The notes beneath the pieces are model-generated. The model did no database searches. It was not told where the DNA came from and saw only the letters and a program-made list of their open reading frames with translations. Of a DNA stretch of 64,000 nucleotides, positions 10,718 through 24,448 are shown one piece after another. A program made the translations under genes and the position numbers. Position 1 is the first letter of the stretch; each line of letters begins with the position of its first letter. Where the stretch lies: assembly GCF_006345805.1 (NCBI RefSeq), contig NC_043004.1:38750001-38814000 (forward strand). Direction: 5' to 3'. The DNA comes from Octopus sinensis (Eukaryota).

Positions 10718-11163
10718 AAAGTAATCAAAGGTCAACCTGACCACAAATAAAATTATGCAGAATCGAAGGAAGGAAGCGAAATTATTCGTCTTGCCATATA
10801 TAGAGTAGATAATTTTTTAAACAAGTCCTGTTTTATCTTATCAAGATTCTGATTCTTGTTTTAGGATGCCTAGTGTAGAATTCTAAAAGCAGAAGATACT
10901 GTAGGAAAGTAGTACCTTTCTGAAGGTCACACAAATTCAAAGTAATCAAAGTTAAATCTGTCCAGTAAGTGAATTATGTAGAATCGAAGGAAGCGTAATC
11001 ATTCGCCTTGCCAAAGAAAGAGTAGATAATTTTATAACAAGTTCCGTTTTATTTTATCTAGTTTCTGATTTTTGCTTTAGGACGCCTATTGAATAATTCT
11101 AAAATCAGAGTAGCGTTTGAAGATAATGTAGTAAAGTAATGCCTTTCTGAATCACACGAATTC
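10718..11163. repeat. Diverged tandem duplication, two units of about 221-225 bp
   Basis: Both units begin AAAGTAATCAAAG (10718, 10939) and end CACAC(A/G)AATTC. Confidence 0.8.
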
Positions 11164-11591
11164 ATATCTAGAATTGTAAGAATTTAGAAAAAACATTATT
11201 TAAATCAATTTTCACTACCATTATTTATCAATAAACGCAACTCTATCATCACTACTACTGCCAACAATACCACTATCTCTGTCATCATCACATCACCATC
11301 ATAACCACTGCATTCACCATAATTATAACCATCTTCACTATCGCAACACCATCGACCTCAATCACCATAACCACCACTATTCTCAAGTATCATGATGGAG
11401 AATATATATCTGTAACTTCTGAAATTCAATCATATATGAGTTATCTTCTACGCGCTAGACAGAGGTATTCATGGTTCCTAAGTCATGACATGGTTACTCG
11501 TTTCCAATAAAGTTATTGATGTATTTTAGTATCCACAAAGGAAGGATCATGTTACTTGAGACAGCACATACTCCTATTCTGATTATATATA

Positions 11592-11895
11592 CAGTGGAAC
11601 CTCGGTCTAAGAACGCTTCTTTTCATGAACAAATCGGTTTACGAAGAATATTTCGAACATAAATCGTCTCGGGTGACGAACCGTGTTTCAAGCAAGGCAC
11701 ACGCAAACCAACAACGTTTGACGATAAGCTGGGAGTATCAGTTGCTGTGAAGCTTTTGCTCAGTGCACATACCTGGTCGAGTTCACCGTGGCTGTTCTTG
11801 AATTTTGTATGAGAAAGATAGTTTCGGATTACGAGCATTTCGAGTAATGAACGGCTTTTAGGAATGAATTAATTCCGTAAACCGAAGTTCCACTG
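11592..11895. mobile_element. pogo/Tigger-type MITE
   Basis: TIRs CAGTGGAACCTCGGT / ACCGAAGTTCCACTG with TA target duplication on both sides. Confidence 0.85.
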
Positions 11896-12524
11896 TATTT
11901 TAAAATGTTCCTACGGTCTAAATACAAATGTTACCTATACATAGCCGTAATACCTCCTATTAGTTTCAGACCGATTCCATTCCAAATATCCATTAGTGGA
12001 ACATAATTTTCTACTGTACTATTAAGTGCAGTACATGTGTCGCCTTACATTACGGTCTTAAATATTTATCGAGGATAACATGTAACGAAAACTCACTAAG
12101 TCACTAGAAATGCACAGAGGAGTGACTGTGTGATTAACAAAATCGCTTCGCGAAGATATTCCTTTGTGTCCAATTCTAATGCCCCTCATTGCGCAGTTAC
12201 TTTTTATGATAGCATAGCGTTGATTAAAATTTTATGAGCGTTTGGCCATCGTGTGTTCATGCGTGCGTTAGCTTGTAGATGCGTGCTTGTGTCTTGGTGT
12301 ACATAATATAACAATGCCTGGGTATCGTATCAGAGTAGCACGATAACCAATAAGATAGGAAATAAAATGTGATTTGACGCAGAATTTACTGCTTTTATAA
12401 CAAATATAGTTGCTATATTTCGGAATGGTCATTTTTTGCCAAATAAACACACGCACTATATACTCGTTCATCACTTCAGCTATATTATTATTATTATTTT
12501 AGTGTCTGTTGTCTGAAATCTTTT

Positions 12525-13020
12525 AGTTAGTTAGTTAGTTAGTTAGTTAATTTGGCCCAAAAGCAAATAGCAAGGCCATGTAGGGGGACATGGAGTTAAG
12601 TACAGGGTGGTGTTCATGTAAAGAGTTCAGGCCACTTGAGGTCAAGGGAGACTTTGAACAAAGCGGTCGTCGGCATCTTCACCATCTCGTCTGGCAGCTG
12701 TTCCACGGATCCGCAACCCGGACGGAGAAAGCTCCTCTCTTTCGATTGAGATGAAATCGTCGCAGGTAGAGCTTTTCGGAATGACCCCGCAGCCGACGCT
12801 CTGGAGCAGGAGGGAAGAACAGCTCTTTCGAGAGGTTACACTTTCCGCTTATGATGTTGTGGGCGAGAATGAGATCACCACGGCGGCGGCGTTTTTCAAG
12901 AGAACAAAGGTCGAGCGTCCTCAGCTTTTCTTCATAGGACAAATTTTTGAGACCATGAACCATGCGGGTAGCCAGCTTCTGGACTCTTTCGAGATGCTGT
13001 CACAGATCCCCTGACCCCTT
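12525..13020 (-). mobile_element. CR1-clade LINE 3' fragment
   Basis: LERVQKLATRMVHGLKNLSYEEKLRTLDLCSLEKRRRRGDLI is the typical CR1 ORF2 C-terminus. It is followed by a 3'UTR and a (TAAC)n tail. Confidence 0.9.
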
Positions 13021-14214
13021 CAGCCACTCTCCATCCCATGTGACTCCACCGGTTTCAGTGTTCTTGCTGTTTAAACCCAAGCCATTTGAGATCGAGACAA
13101 CGTATGGCTAAAGGGTTCTAAACATGACAATATCATTTATTGTTTTATCCAAGATTATGTTGTATTGATTCCTACACGTACACATATATGCATACATACA
13201 AACATCTATCCATCCATCCATCCATCCATCCATCCATCCATACATACATACATACATACACACATACATATATGCGTACATACATGCATACATACATACA
13301 TACATACATACATACATACATACATACATACATACATACATACATACATACCTAAATACATTCTCTCGCATATACAAACACTTATATAATACAATAAGAT
13401 GTGATTTCATGGTGATATTGGAAATATCTCTAACTGGTGATGCTATGAAGCTGAACCCTTTCTTCACTCCCTTCTCTCTCATCTCTCTTTCTCCCCTCTC
13501 TAATTCTCTATCTCTCTCTTTCGCTTGTTAGTTCATCCAGAAATATATTGTTACATAAGTCAATGTGATGTTTGCTAAATTTCTTTTTGTTTTTTTTTTA
13601 TGAAAACATAGAAGGCCATTTTGATACAAAAAATATTCTTCCGGCATTTCAAATGTGTGATTCGTTTTTGTTGACGGCTATACTTAATACGTTGAACACA
13701 TTTAATTAATCATCATTATTGAAGATGATGTGACAAGACTAATAAGAGTTACATTATTGAACGGGTATATCTCTTCGTGCGATAGCATTGCAGCGTCCAC
13801 AAGATATGAGCATTGCTATTGCTATTTATAAATTCTTTTATTTAAAAGATTCTGATATTTGGTAACAAAATTCCTTATTTAGGGTGTTTACTAATAATTC
13901 TTTACTTTCAATTTAATTTTGCATTTGTTTCATTGTTGTAGTAGTAGATTCTATTGTAAAGTTTATTGTCGCTTGGACGCGGTGTTCATCAAACTTTAGC
14001 TTAAATGACCTTCCAGGTTTGACTCATTCATTCATATATCAGAGTCTGTGTTGCTCTCCCTACGATATCTTGCATTATTCTAGACGATGGTGTCTGATTT
14101 CCTGAATAAGTTTGAGTGCATGAGGAGGTTTAAACACGTTTATCTGAATTGAAGTTATTCAGTTTCAAACCACAAACACTGAGTTCTTCACTCCCTTCTC
14201 TCCCCCTCTCTCTA

Positions 14215-14291
<77 letters not shown>

Positions 14292-14708
14292 AATAGTAGA
14301 ATCAGGGAGAAAGAAAAATGAGACACATGAAAACTGAGAGAGAGGGAAGGAGAGAGTGGAAAAGATTGTAGAGATTAAACCTTCGACTATAGAGTAACGT
14401 TGCTCAAAATCCTTGAATAATTTACACTACAACAATTTTTCAGATTTATTTTCTAAATTTTTGCCCATTCAACAGCATTTCGATCTTTTGTCATCCCCAT
14501 TTCCCTTTCCGAGAAAAAGAACGGTGTGATTGAGGGTTCGTTGATTGATATTTCTCAAAGCTTCCTTGTAATATGGTGTCCAATATTTTATACGCATTAG
14601 GAAGTGCCCGGTTTGTAGTTTCTGAATACAAACCCAGCATTTACACTGAGTACATACATACACACACATATATGCGTGAAGTATGTTTGAGCATAAATGC
14701 GCATCCGC

Positions 14709-14750
<42 letters not shown>

Positions 14751-14907
14751 AATGACTGACGACTAGCATCGTGCAGGAAACGCAAGTATACCAACGAATT
14801 TGAATCAAACTGTTTTGATCCATATATATATATATATATATACACACATGTATGTATGTATATATATATATATATGTATGTATGTATGTATTTATGTGTA
14901 TATATTT

Positions 14908-15204
14908 GTGAAGGCACTTGAGTAGGGTGTTGCACTCACGATTGCGGGATCGTGGGTTCGAATCCCAGACGTGGCGCTGCGTTGTGTTCTTGAGCAAAGC
15001 ATTTCATTTCGCGTTGTTCTGCGATCATTTCGTCATCTGGCATGTGGCACAGGGAACATCTGTACAGTTAATGGTGATTTGATGGAGGGAAGGAGCCTAG
15101 GTGTACCCAAACATCTGATCTCTATAAACAAATCATCCGTCTGGCTGTTCGGCAAGAAATTACCGAACCATCATACGTCATTTAACGATGGGAGAATCCA
15201 TGAT
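14908..15204 (+). mobile_element. tRNA-derived SINE with family-C-like body and a distinct 3' tail
   Basis: GTGAAGGCAC... head, B-box GGTTCGAATCCC, body GTTGTGTTCTTGAGCAAAGCATTTCATTTC. Confidence 0.7.
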
Positions 15205-15211
15205 GCACACA

Positions 15212-15279
<68 letters not shown>

Positions 15280-15289
15280 TATATATATA

Positions 15290-15482
15290 TATATAAAGTT
15301 AATCCAAACAAGAAAGCACAAAAAAACACAACAACGCGAGGACGTGGAACAAATATAGTATTATTGGACGCTCAGGAAAGAAAGAAAGAAGGAGGGTTTA
15401 ACGTTTCGAGCGTAGCTCTTCGTGGGAAACATAGGAGAAGGAAAGATCCAGAGAAGAGAAGACAGAGGAAAAAAATCGCCAT
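15290..15482 (-). mobile_element. Short pLTR-like element with hammerhead-like motif, between microsatellites
   Basis: Minus strand GAAGAGCTACGCTCGAAACGTTAA...TTCCTGAGCG, shared with 34812-35072 and 37377-37550. Confidence 0.55.
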
Positions 15483-15833
15483 ATATATATATAGATATAT
15501 ATATAATTAAAAATGAGGGTGTCTAAAAGACACCAACATGCCGAAATAGCAGTCGAAACACTGACTATAATACCACGTTAAATGTTCATATCGCACCATC
15601 AGGTAAAGCGGAGGGACAAAACATACAAGCAAAAATTATTGAATAATTCAAGATCCAAGGATTTCTGGTTCTGCTTTAGATAAGCTTTACCGTCATCAAT
15701 TGATTGAATATATCAAGGGTACATCAATACAGATATATATATGCACAGCAAACGATATACTTACATATACGAGCGTCGCCCATACATACATATGCACGTA
15801 TGGACACAGCCAGTGTGAATCGATATTATCCTC

Positions 15834-15876
<43 letters not shown>

Positions 15877-17271
15877 CATAAGAGGAACAAAATGGAGATT
15901 AATTACTGTGTGTCTTTATTCACAACGAACATTTCGACCTATTCGTGTATGGACTGGTGCACGAATATAAAATTATTACCAATGTGTTTGTGTGTGTGTG
16001 TGTCTGTGTGTGAGTGTGCGTGCGTGCGCATTCATTTATTCACCTTTAGTTAAGGGTTTGGAAAAATAGTGTCTGTTTAAGTATTTGCCTTTCATAGCGC
16101 ATACACATGGGAGCATTTGAAGAGGTATTATGCTTGTCAATTGTTTATACAAACTAAATTATGTACCTGTATTTAATGTCTGTTAATGAACCGCGCATTA
16201 GATGATGTGATGAAATATTTTATTAAAAAACTCTCCTATTTTGCTTTGTTCCCTCTATGCCGTCCATAATATACCCAACTGAGGAATTCAAACAAAGAAT
16301 GCTTGAACAATAATACGAATCTTCCTCATGGATTCCCTTCAAACATACAAGAATGCACATGGAATTTTGTGAAGCAGGTATATTGCAGTGTATTTGCGTG
16401 TGCGTGTTTGTGTGTAAGTGTGTGTGTACGTGCGTGCATGTGTGTATGTGTGTATTTGTGTGTGTCTTGTCTCCATTTAGATATTCCATAAAACACTTTA
16501 TGAAGGAAATGGAAATAAACATATTTATTCATTAAGCTATCCTTGTAGCTACCAATTTAAGGCGATTGAAAATGAAAGCGAAAAGCAAGAATTATCATTT
16601 TTTTGTATCCGATATTGATTTGGAAGAATTCTTAGAATTCGATTATTTATATCCAGACCATCGCACATATGATCATGAAATTATTCCTCAAAACCATTTA
16701 TATCACTCTTAGTGAATTATGGGCCACCAGTGTTTTAATAAAAGAGTTCTGAAATCTACAATAAATTATTACTTGCTCCGAAAAATCTTCATTTATTTTC
16801 TATAAATTGTTCTGTTCCAAAGAGCCAAGAACGAAGTTTGACAGTAACTTCTGGAGCGGAAGATAATAAATTACTTGAAAACTTGTTCTTTCTTCAAGAA
16901 AAATATCGGTTCTAATTTAGCAAGGCATCGTATTAATATCATTTTCGTTATTTCTTCGCAGATAATTATATATAACTCAAAGATTTGAATACAAATTCGA
17001 TTCCAGTCTGTCAATCTGGACAGCATAATTTATAACGCTGTTCAACCTGCTATTTAGAATTCATGCTGGTTCTTCCAAATATGTAATGTTCGGAGAGTTT
17101 GGAGTTATTACGTCATCAATAGATATTTGGTTGCCAAAAAGTTAACACTCTGTCATCAGAACAAGACAGCAGCTGCATTAGTCACAAGGATATCTGGAAG
17201 CGAGTTAATACTTATTATTGAATTTTATCTATTACAACTGAATTAACAGTTAGAATATATGTCTATGCTTG

Positions 17272-17573
17272 TGTGGAGGCACATGGCCTAGTGGTTAGAG
17301 CAGCGGACTCGCAGTCGAGGGATCGCGGGTTCGAATCTCAAGCCGGTCGATGCGTGTGTTTATGAGCGAAACACCTAAGTTCCACGCGGCTCCGGCAGAA
17401 GATAATGGCGAACTTCTGCTGACTCATTCGTCACAACTTTCTCTCACTCTTTCCTCCTGCATCTTGCAGCTCACCTGTAACGGACCGGCATCCCGTCCAG
17501 GTGAGGAACCTATACGCCATGAAAACGGGAAACCGGCCCTTATGAGCCAGGCATGTCTCGAGAAGGAACAAAC
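17272..17573 (+). mobile_element. tRNA-derived SINE, family D body with tail T1
   Basis: A-box TGGCCTAGTGG and B-box GGTTCGAATCT. Body shared with 41627-42024, tail shared with 49838-50071. Confidence 0.85.
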
Positions 17574-17866
17574 AGCATGTGTATGCTACCTTCATAACAT
17601 TTTAGTGAATTGACCAGTAATATGGTTTTGTGTATAAAGGCGAGTTTCTCAAATCTAAGTAACAAGAAATAACGGAAACACACACGTGTATATTTGATTA
17701 ATTCAAACAATCAATAATTCCTAATATCATGTTTTACTAAGGGAAGCAATATTTTCATGTCTTATCTCCTTGTATTCCACCTGCATGTTATATCAAAGTT
17801 TTGCTTAACAAGAGATAACACAACTACGGTCACTCACTCATTCATTCATTCATTCATTCATTCATT

Positions 17867-17899
<33 letters not shown>

Positions 17900-19031
17900 C
17901 ACACACACACACACACACACATATGCACGCATGCAATGATGCATACATATATACATATCTAATTTTCCTAACTCATTGTATCAGTCTCGCTCTGTCTATA
18001 TGATGATGATGATGATGATGATGACGATGATGCGTTTTGCTTTCGGGAAACGGAAAAATCAGGAATAATCCTGCGTATGGTATTGTTCTTAAATTTGTAA
18101 CCCCTTTTGCTAATGTTGCTGAGGTTCCACCTTGTGGTTTATGTTCTAGTAAACGCTTTCCTGTCATTGTAGATTGTGATCTGGCTCATTTTATTATATC
18201 AGATATTGTGGTGGGGCTTGTGCTATGAGATTAGTAGATGGTTTTCTTATTCATTGATGTCGCAATGGGACGATCACCATTGGGTATTTTCCCCCTTGCC
18301 TCACATAGTAAGGGTTTACTACAATTCACCATCCCCTGGATGTCGAGGGGAGAGGAACTGTTCGGTCAATGTATATTGGTTTTGTTAGAGTTGTTATCGT
18401 AATTTAGTGAGGACACACTATTAAGAGTTTCTGTTTTTCAAATTGCTTGCTATCATATTTGTGTGTTTGGTTTCTGTTATCCTTGATGATTCGGTTCCTA
18501 TTGCTGCGTTTGATTCTGCTATTCTTGCTACTGGTGTTGCTGATTTTGAAGGGGTTTGTATTGATCACTAAACAGCTTTTCACCTCCCTTGCCAAAGGTA
18601 CAAAGCATTCTGCTGACTGATGTCACAGTATATATACCACTTTGATATTTGGCATCCACTTGAACTTCTGATAGATTAAACGACGTCGGTGATTTGGATC
18701 GATGGTTTTAATTGAGTGTTGCAAGAGCAGTTCAAATGTAAGGAGCTCAATAAATCGCTAATGTCTTGAACGCCTTATTGCCCACTAACTACACTCATTT
18801 AAAATAATTAACATCAGTCATAGTAGATTTTCATTTAGAGTTTCTTTTGTTGCTCCCTATTCTATTTAGGATAGTAATAATAGATGCTCAAAGGAGAAAT
18901 ATGCATTCTCTATATTTTCATTTCCTCTTCATTGAGGCATAAGACCACCACTATTCTATGTTGACTTCCATTTCTAATATAACATATGGAATCTCCCATA
19001 TCTTTCCAACATTGTTTTTGCATACACTTAC

Positions 19032-19343
19032 GTAGGGATGGCAACTATTCCAGCTTTCCTGACGAGCATATGTTCTTTAAGTAACAGTATGTGAGTAATA
19101 AAGATATGCTTTTGATGGTGGAGGGTCAGGCAGTAATGATGTCGGTAATAATAACTGTTGTCTCCGTCAATTTGCTTACAGCCTGCTGGTAGTAGCGGTA
19201 ACGGTAATGTGGGCTTCGTTGTTATTTCGCCTGCTGCTCTCACTGCATGACGTGTAGGTGATGTTTGTGTGGTAGGTGCTATTTTGAAGAGCGTGACCAG
19301 TGTAGACATATTTGTTTCACTGTACTTATTGTGCTTCTTTTTG
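19032..19343 (-). other. Candidate upstream (probably non-coding) exon of the minus-strand gene
   Basis: Acceptor TTTTCTTCTTCAATATTCAAG and donor TAC|GTAAGT bound a 312-bp non-repetitive block. Confidence 0.25.
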
Positions 19344-19404
19344 CTTGAATATTGAAGAAGAAAACACACCCAGTGTATGAGGATAAAATAAATTTTCATT
19401 TGTA

Positions 19405-19610
19405 TCTCTTTACTCTATACTCTTTTACTTGTTTCAGTTATTTGACTGTGGTCATGCTGGAGCACCGCCCCAGTCGAGCAATTCGACCCCAGGACTCATT
19501 CTTTGTAAGCCTAGTACTTATTCTACCGGTCCCTTTTGCCGAACCGTTAAGTTAGGGGACATAAACACACCAGCATCGGTTGTCAAGCGATGTTGGGGGG
19601 GACAGACACA

Positions 19611-19650
<40 letters not shown>

Positions 19651-19727
19651 CGACGGGCTTTTTTCAGTTTCCGTGTACCAAATCAGCTCAGAAGGCTTTG
19701 GTTGGCCCGAGGCTATAGCGGAAGACA
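19405..19727 (-). mobile_element. SINE-A, 5'-truncated
   Basis: Collinear with 3749-4153. Confidence 0.85.
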
Positions 19728-20333
19728 AGCTGTCAAATTTAGCCCCCGAACACCTGAATGTGTATATGTATGTGTATATTGTGGGCATATATATGTGTAT
19801 ATTGTGTACAGGCTTGTATACCCATTGCAGCACTGAATTTTTTTGTGCTGGATTAAGGTACGACAAGATGAGGAGTATGTTACAGTAAGGACCACAAGCC
19901 ATGTGAAGGGAATGTCCAGGGGAACAAACTGCATGTAAAATACTTGGCCTTTTTCGCTGAGAGTTGATGGTGTTGCTTTGCCTTGGTTGTTTCCCAAAGC
20001 AAGTGTCAAGACGGAAGTAAAGTTATCACTGCCCCACCCAAGACTACGCCCTGAAGTAAAGACAAACCAATACGTTCGCAACAGCTATGGAGCAGCAGGG
20101 AATGCAACATATATTAGTTAAGTATAACAGATTCCCTATAGGATTTTCATATTTTTTAAAAACATAATTACCCCACAATGTAACAGACGTTTACTATTAT
20201 AGTATTATAGAAACATACGACTCCACCTCTCTATAGTCTCATTCAAAGCTACATAACAGGCTTTTTGTGAGCACACACATACACATATAGACGCACATAA
20301 AGAAACATAAATATATATGTAAGCATATGTATA

Positions 20334-20364
<31 letters not shown>

Positions 20365-20712
20365 AATGTACGTATATGTATGCATATATATACATATATT
20401 TGCATATATATATATTTCTTGTTTCAGCTCAGATCTAATTTAAACATAATTTTTGCACATATAAGGGCTTTAAAAAATTAAAATATAGTTTATTGTATTG
20501 AACGTTGATAAAGTGATATAATGGTCTGATGTTTGGGGTTATATATTTAAGAAGGGTTCCAGGAAAACACGGAGCGGTTTAGGAACCCGAGGATGTACCT
20601 CATGAAACACGTGTTGCCAAGTAATAAAACAGTAGGTATGTAAAATAAAAAAAAAAAATTCTTTTTATATGGTGAGATGTAGGGGCCTACTATCTCTAAA
20701 TTAAAATATATA

Positions 20713-20769
<57 letters not shown>

Positions 20770-20774
<5 letters not shown>

Positions 20775-21058
20775 TCCGTAATAATGAAGGGTGAAATTAA
20801 TTAATTTGGAAAAATTATCAATTACACCAAGTAGTCTTCGGCATGTAAAAGCCTCATTCGAGGAAATTTAAGTAATACTAAGCAATAAGGTTTAGCAACG
20901 AGTTGCCTTCCACATACCGAATTTAGAAATAGCAGTCAAAGGGTTATAGCTATTTCTTCCACTAAAAAGTGGAAGAAATAGCTATAACCCTTTGACTGCT
21001 ATTTCTAAATTCGGTATGTGGTAAGGCAACTCGTTGCTAAACCCTTATTGCTTAGTAT
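20770..21058. mobile_element. Short element inside (TA)n ending in a 184-bp near-perfect palindrome
   Basis: Arms 20875-20963 and 20968-21058, loop AAAA, two 1-nt bulges. (TA)n on both sides. Confidence 0.85.
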
Positions 21059-21162
21059 ATATAATATAATATATATATATAATATATATATATAGATATA
21101 CATATATATATATATATATATATAATATATATATATATATATGTAGTTGCATATATACTTAT

Positions 21163-21226
<64 letters not shown>

Positions 21227-23347
21227 CGTAGATAAATAGATAGATAGCATAAAATGTTAATATATGGCAATATTTAACGAACTCCAACTATTTTATTCTT
21301 CCGTCTCGTTGCTCTGTTGAAAAACCGAATTTTAACGTAAATCACTGACCGAGCGTAAATTAATGTTTATGGATAACTTGGTAAAAAAATTCCATTATTA
21401 GATTCACCCAACTCCTCACTCTCCTTCACATTCACACTCTTACACACATACACTCGCGCGCGCGCGGGCAAGCAGACACAGATATGTATAAACAACACTC
21501 ACTGACTCCGCACGTACCAGCAGCTAACATCTGTCAGTCCTGCAGACTACAGAGAACAGGGTGGTGAATGAGAAAGTGAGGAAGCACTTTCGGAAATGAC
21601 GGTGGAGTCCAACGCTTGATTAACAATATCGTCCGCATTTCTAGCACTTAAGGATTTTCTACAACTGAACGAAAGTTTTGAAAATTCATTTTTTCATGTT
21701 TGATAATTTTTAAACTCCCCGCTTCTAAATCTTTATGACACAAGCTGAGGTTAACTTGTCTTGCTTTCTGAGTGTCAATGCCGATTGAATTACTTTTTGT
21801 CACGCTTGTGCATCGAAAAATATCCTGGATGTTTTTAATGCCATGGGGCAATACCTAGGATGACTTATAGTTATGTAAGCATAGGAATGCTGATGCTACT
21901 GAGGAGAACCCTAAAATGGGGACATAACAAATGAACTTAAGTTGATAATTGTGTTCAATTCAGGCCTAAATGTTTGGAAATATTACCGCTTCACATCTGA
22001 AATATTGTTGTAGATGCCTGCACTTATACAAGCCTTGAGCAGAACTGTTTCAGCTAGCTTCCATTTCATAGGATACATTGTATAGTGTGTTGGTGTTGTC
22101 CTCAGTTTCGGTGGTTTTTGATCAGCTTTGTTTTGTCTAAAATGTTCAATGAAATGGCCATCGTCACTTGGTGGTGCTCCTAAACATATATTCCGTCATT
22201 GGATTTTTATAATTGACAGCGATTTGTCTTAGTGGTCAAACTAAATGAAACGTTTATAGTAACCATTTCACATTGCACAATTCAACGTCTTAACAGGTAA
22301 GTACATTAAAAACTACTCCAGAAAATTCCAGGGACTATGATTATACTACTTGGAAGTGGGAATCATTGTGAGCTGTGTTCTTTGTTTATTTTTTTCTAAG
22401 GACAAGCTTTTCGTCTATCAGTTGAAAAGGATGAAGACGACAGGGAAGTTTTGGCTTCCACTATATTTTGTAAAAGCCTGTAAAAAAGTGGTAAAACTGT
22501 CATGGTTAAATTGTCTAATTATAATTGCCATTGCGTAAAGGAATTTCCCTTCGAAGAGTTTTAGAAATTAGACATTCAGTGTAGTATACCAAGAATTACA
22601 GGATGTGATTGCTTTTCCTCATTTCTAGGTGCTGTTCTCGCACTTCGTTGTTCGATTTTGTTGTTGCTTAATATATATCTTCATATATCTATTAAAGCGT
22701 ATGTAGAGTTACTATTGATCTCAACAGTTTATAACCCCTACTATATCTTGCTTCTAGCTTTTGCACTGAAGCTACCTTCTTTTGCCCATTTGACCTATAA
22801 AGAAAATCACTACTACTATTGCAATGATTATTAGTAATATTACTAGAGAAATAACAGCGTAGGCCAGACTATATATTGGAAATGGTCTTATCTCTATTAG
22901 ACAATACACCTGCATTATTTAATGAAGACGATTATTATCTGAGCAGATATTTATTTTCATAATTAAAACGAGAATATCATTATCTAGGAATTATGTCGAT
23001 AGCATTTTGAAGATTTTGACAGATTCTATCTGATAAGTGATTACATTTACGAAAGACAATTATGCACTCATTATGTCTTGTTTAATATAAATGATTAATT
23101 CAGTATCTATAGCAACAGAATCATTTTTAAATAGAAAGAAAGATAAAAGAGAGTAATTTCATTAGATTTTGGGATATTCAAATCTTTGTCATATATATGA
23201 TGTATGAGTGCGTGCGCTCGTGTAGTGAATTATTCTTGTGTCAAATTTGATGCAATTTTAGATGCTTCAGAAAATTCAGTTTTGCACCATATTCTGTGTA
23301 TTCAGCATCTAAGTATATTCAATCGTGAATCTGTATGTTCCAGCATA

Positions 23348-23744
23348 TCTTTTACTCTTTTACTCTTTTACTTGTTTCAGTCATTTGCCTGTGGCCATGC
23401 TGGAGCACCGCCTTTAGTCGAGCAAATCTTTGTAAGCCTAGTACTTATTTTATCGGTCTCTTTTGCCGAACCGCTAAGTTACGGGGACGTATACACACCA
23501 GCATCGGTTGTCAAGCGATGGTGGGGGAACAGACAGACACACATACAAACACACATACATATATACATATACATATATACGAGAGGCTTCTTTCAGTTTC
23601 CGTCTACCAAATCCACTCACAAGGCTTTGCTCAGCCCGAGGCTATAGTAGAAGACACTTGCTCAAGTTGCCACGCAGTGGGACTGCACCCGGAACCATGT
23701 GGTTGGTAAGCAAGCTACTTGCCACACAGCCACTCCTGCGCCTA
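23348..23744 (-). mobile_element. SINE-A, near full length
   Basis: Collinear with 3749-4153. Confidence 0.9.
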
Positions 23745-24448
23745 TATGTTTATGAAAATATACTTATGTATTCACGATTAAATGCCCGTGTATGTACTCA
23801 TGTTATAGGTTAAAATACTAGAGTCTGTTACTTATTTAAGACCTAAATGTTAATAGAATACTAAGTTTCTAGCTACCTACCAGCATTTTTTTTCACACTA
23901 AGGAAGATAAGAGAAATAGACTAAGAAAGAAACAGTTAGGAGATATATATTACAGACAGTGGTTGTAGAAGCTTCTGTGGTGTCGTTGGTGTTGATAATA
24001 ATGAATGGTGAAATATACAGATACAATTATGCGATTAGCATTCACATAAGATGTAAAAACAAAAGAGAAAGAGATAGTGTCAAACAAAAAAAAAGAAAAT
24101 AAAGAGATGATAATAGCACATGTTGACGGAGGTGATGAGGGTGGTGGGGACTTCTAATTATCAACACGCAAACGTGTAATGTATATATAAACGTATAATG
24201 TATATATAAATGTATAAATGAGTCTGCGCGTGCGCGGTGCATGTTTCATTGATGATTTTGTTTACCTCCGACACACTTCATTTTTCATTTTTACGTCACG
24301 TAGTACTTGTTACAACATGTTTTTTAATCTTTTCTCTTAGATACCAGTAATTAGTTTCAATTGTTCCTTTTAATTAAGAATAGGTTTTCTAGATTTGGGG
24401 ATATCCAGCTGAAATAGGGTGAAGCAGCTTCTTTATATTTTCTGCTTG

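Noticed and set aside
14971-15510. 179-aa ORF
   Set aside because: Read-through of a SINE, a (CA)n tract and a pLTR-like element.
17990-18800. Possible Penelope-like remnant on the minus strand (TGKRLLEHK)
   Set aside because: A single weak motif with many stops.
19713-20081. 122-aa minus-strand ORF
   Set aside because: No domain, no convincing splice boundaries, and it runs into a SINE.
21518-21650. Alternative first exon (CTG|GTACGT donor near a (CG)n patch)
   Set aside because: Only a donor-like motif, which is expected by chance.
21650-22300. Possible MULE-like transposase remnant on the minus strand
   Set aside because: Similarity too faint to support without a profile search.
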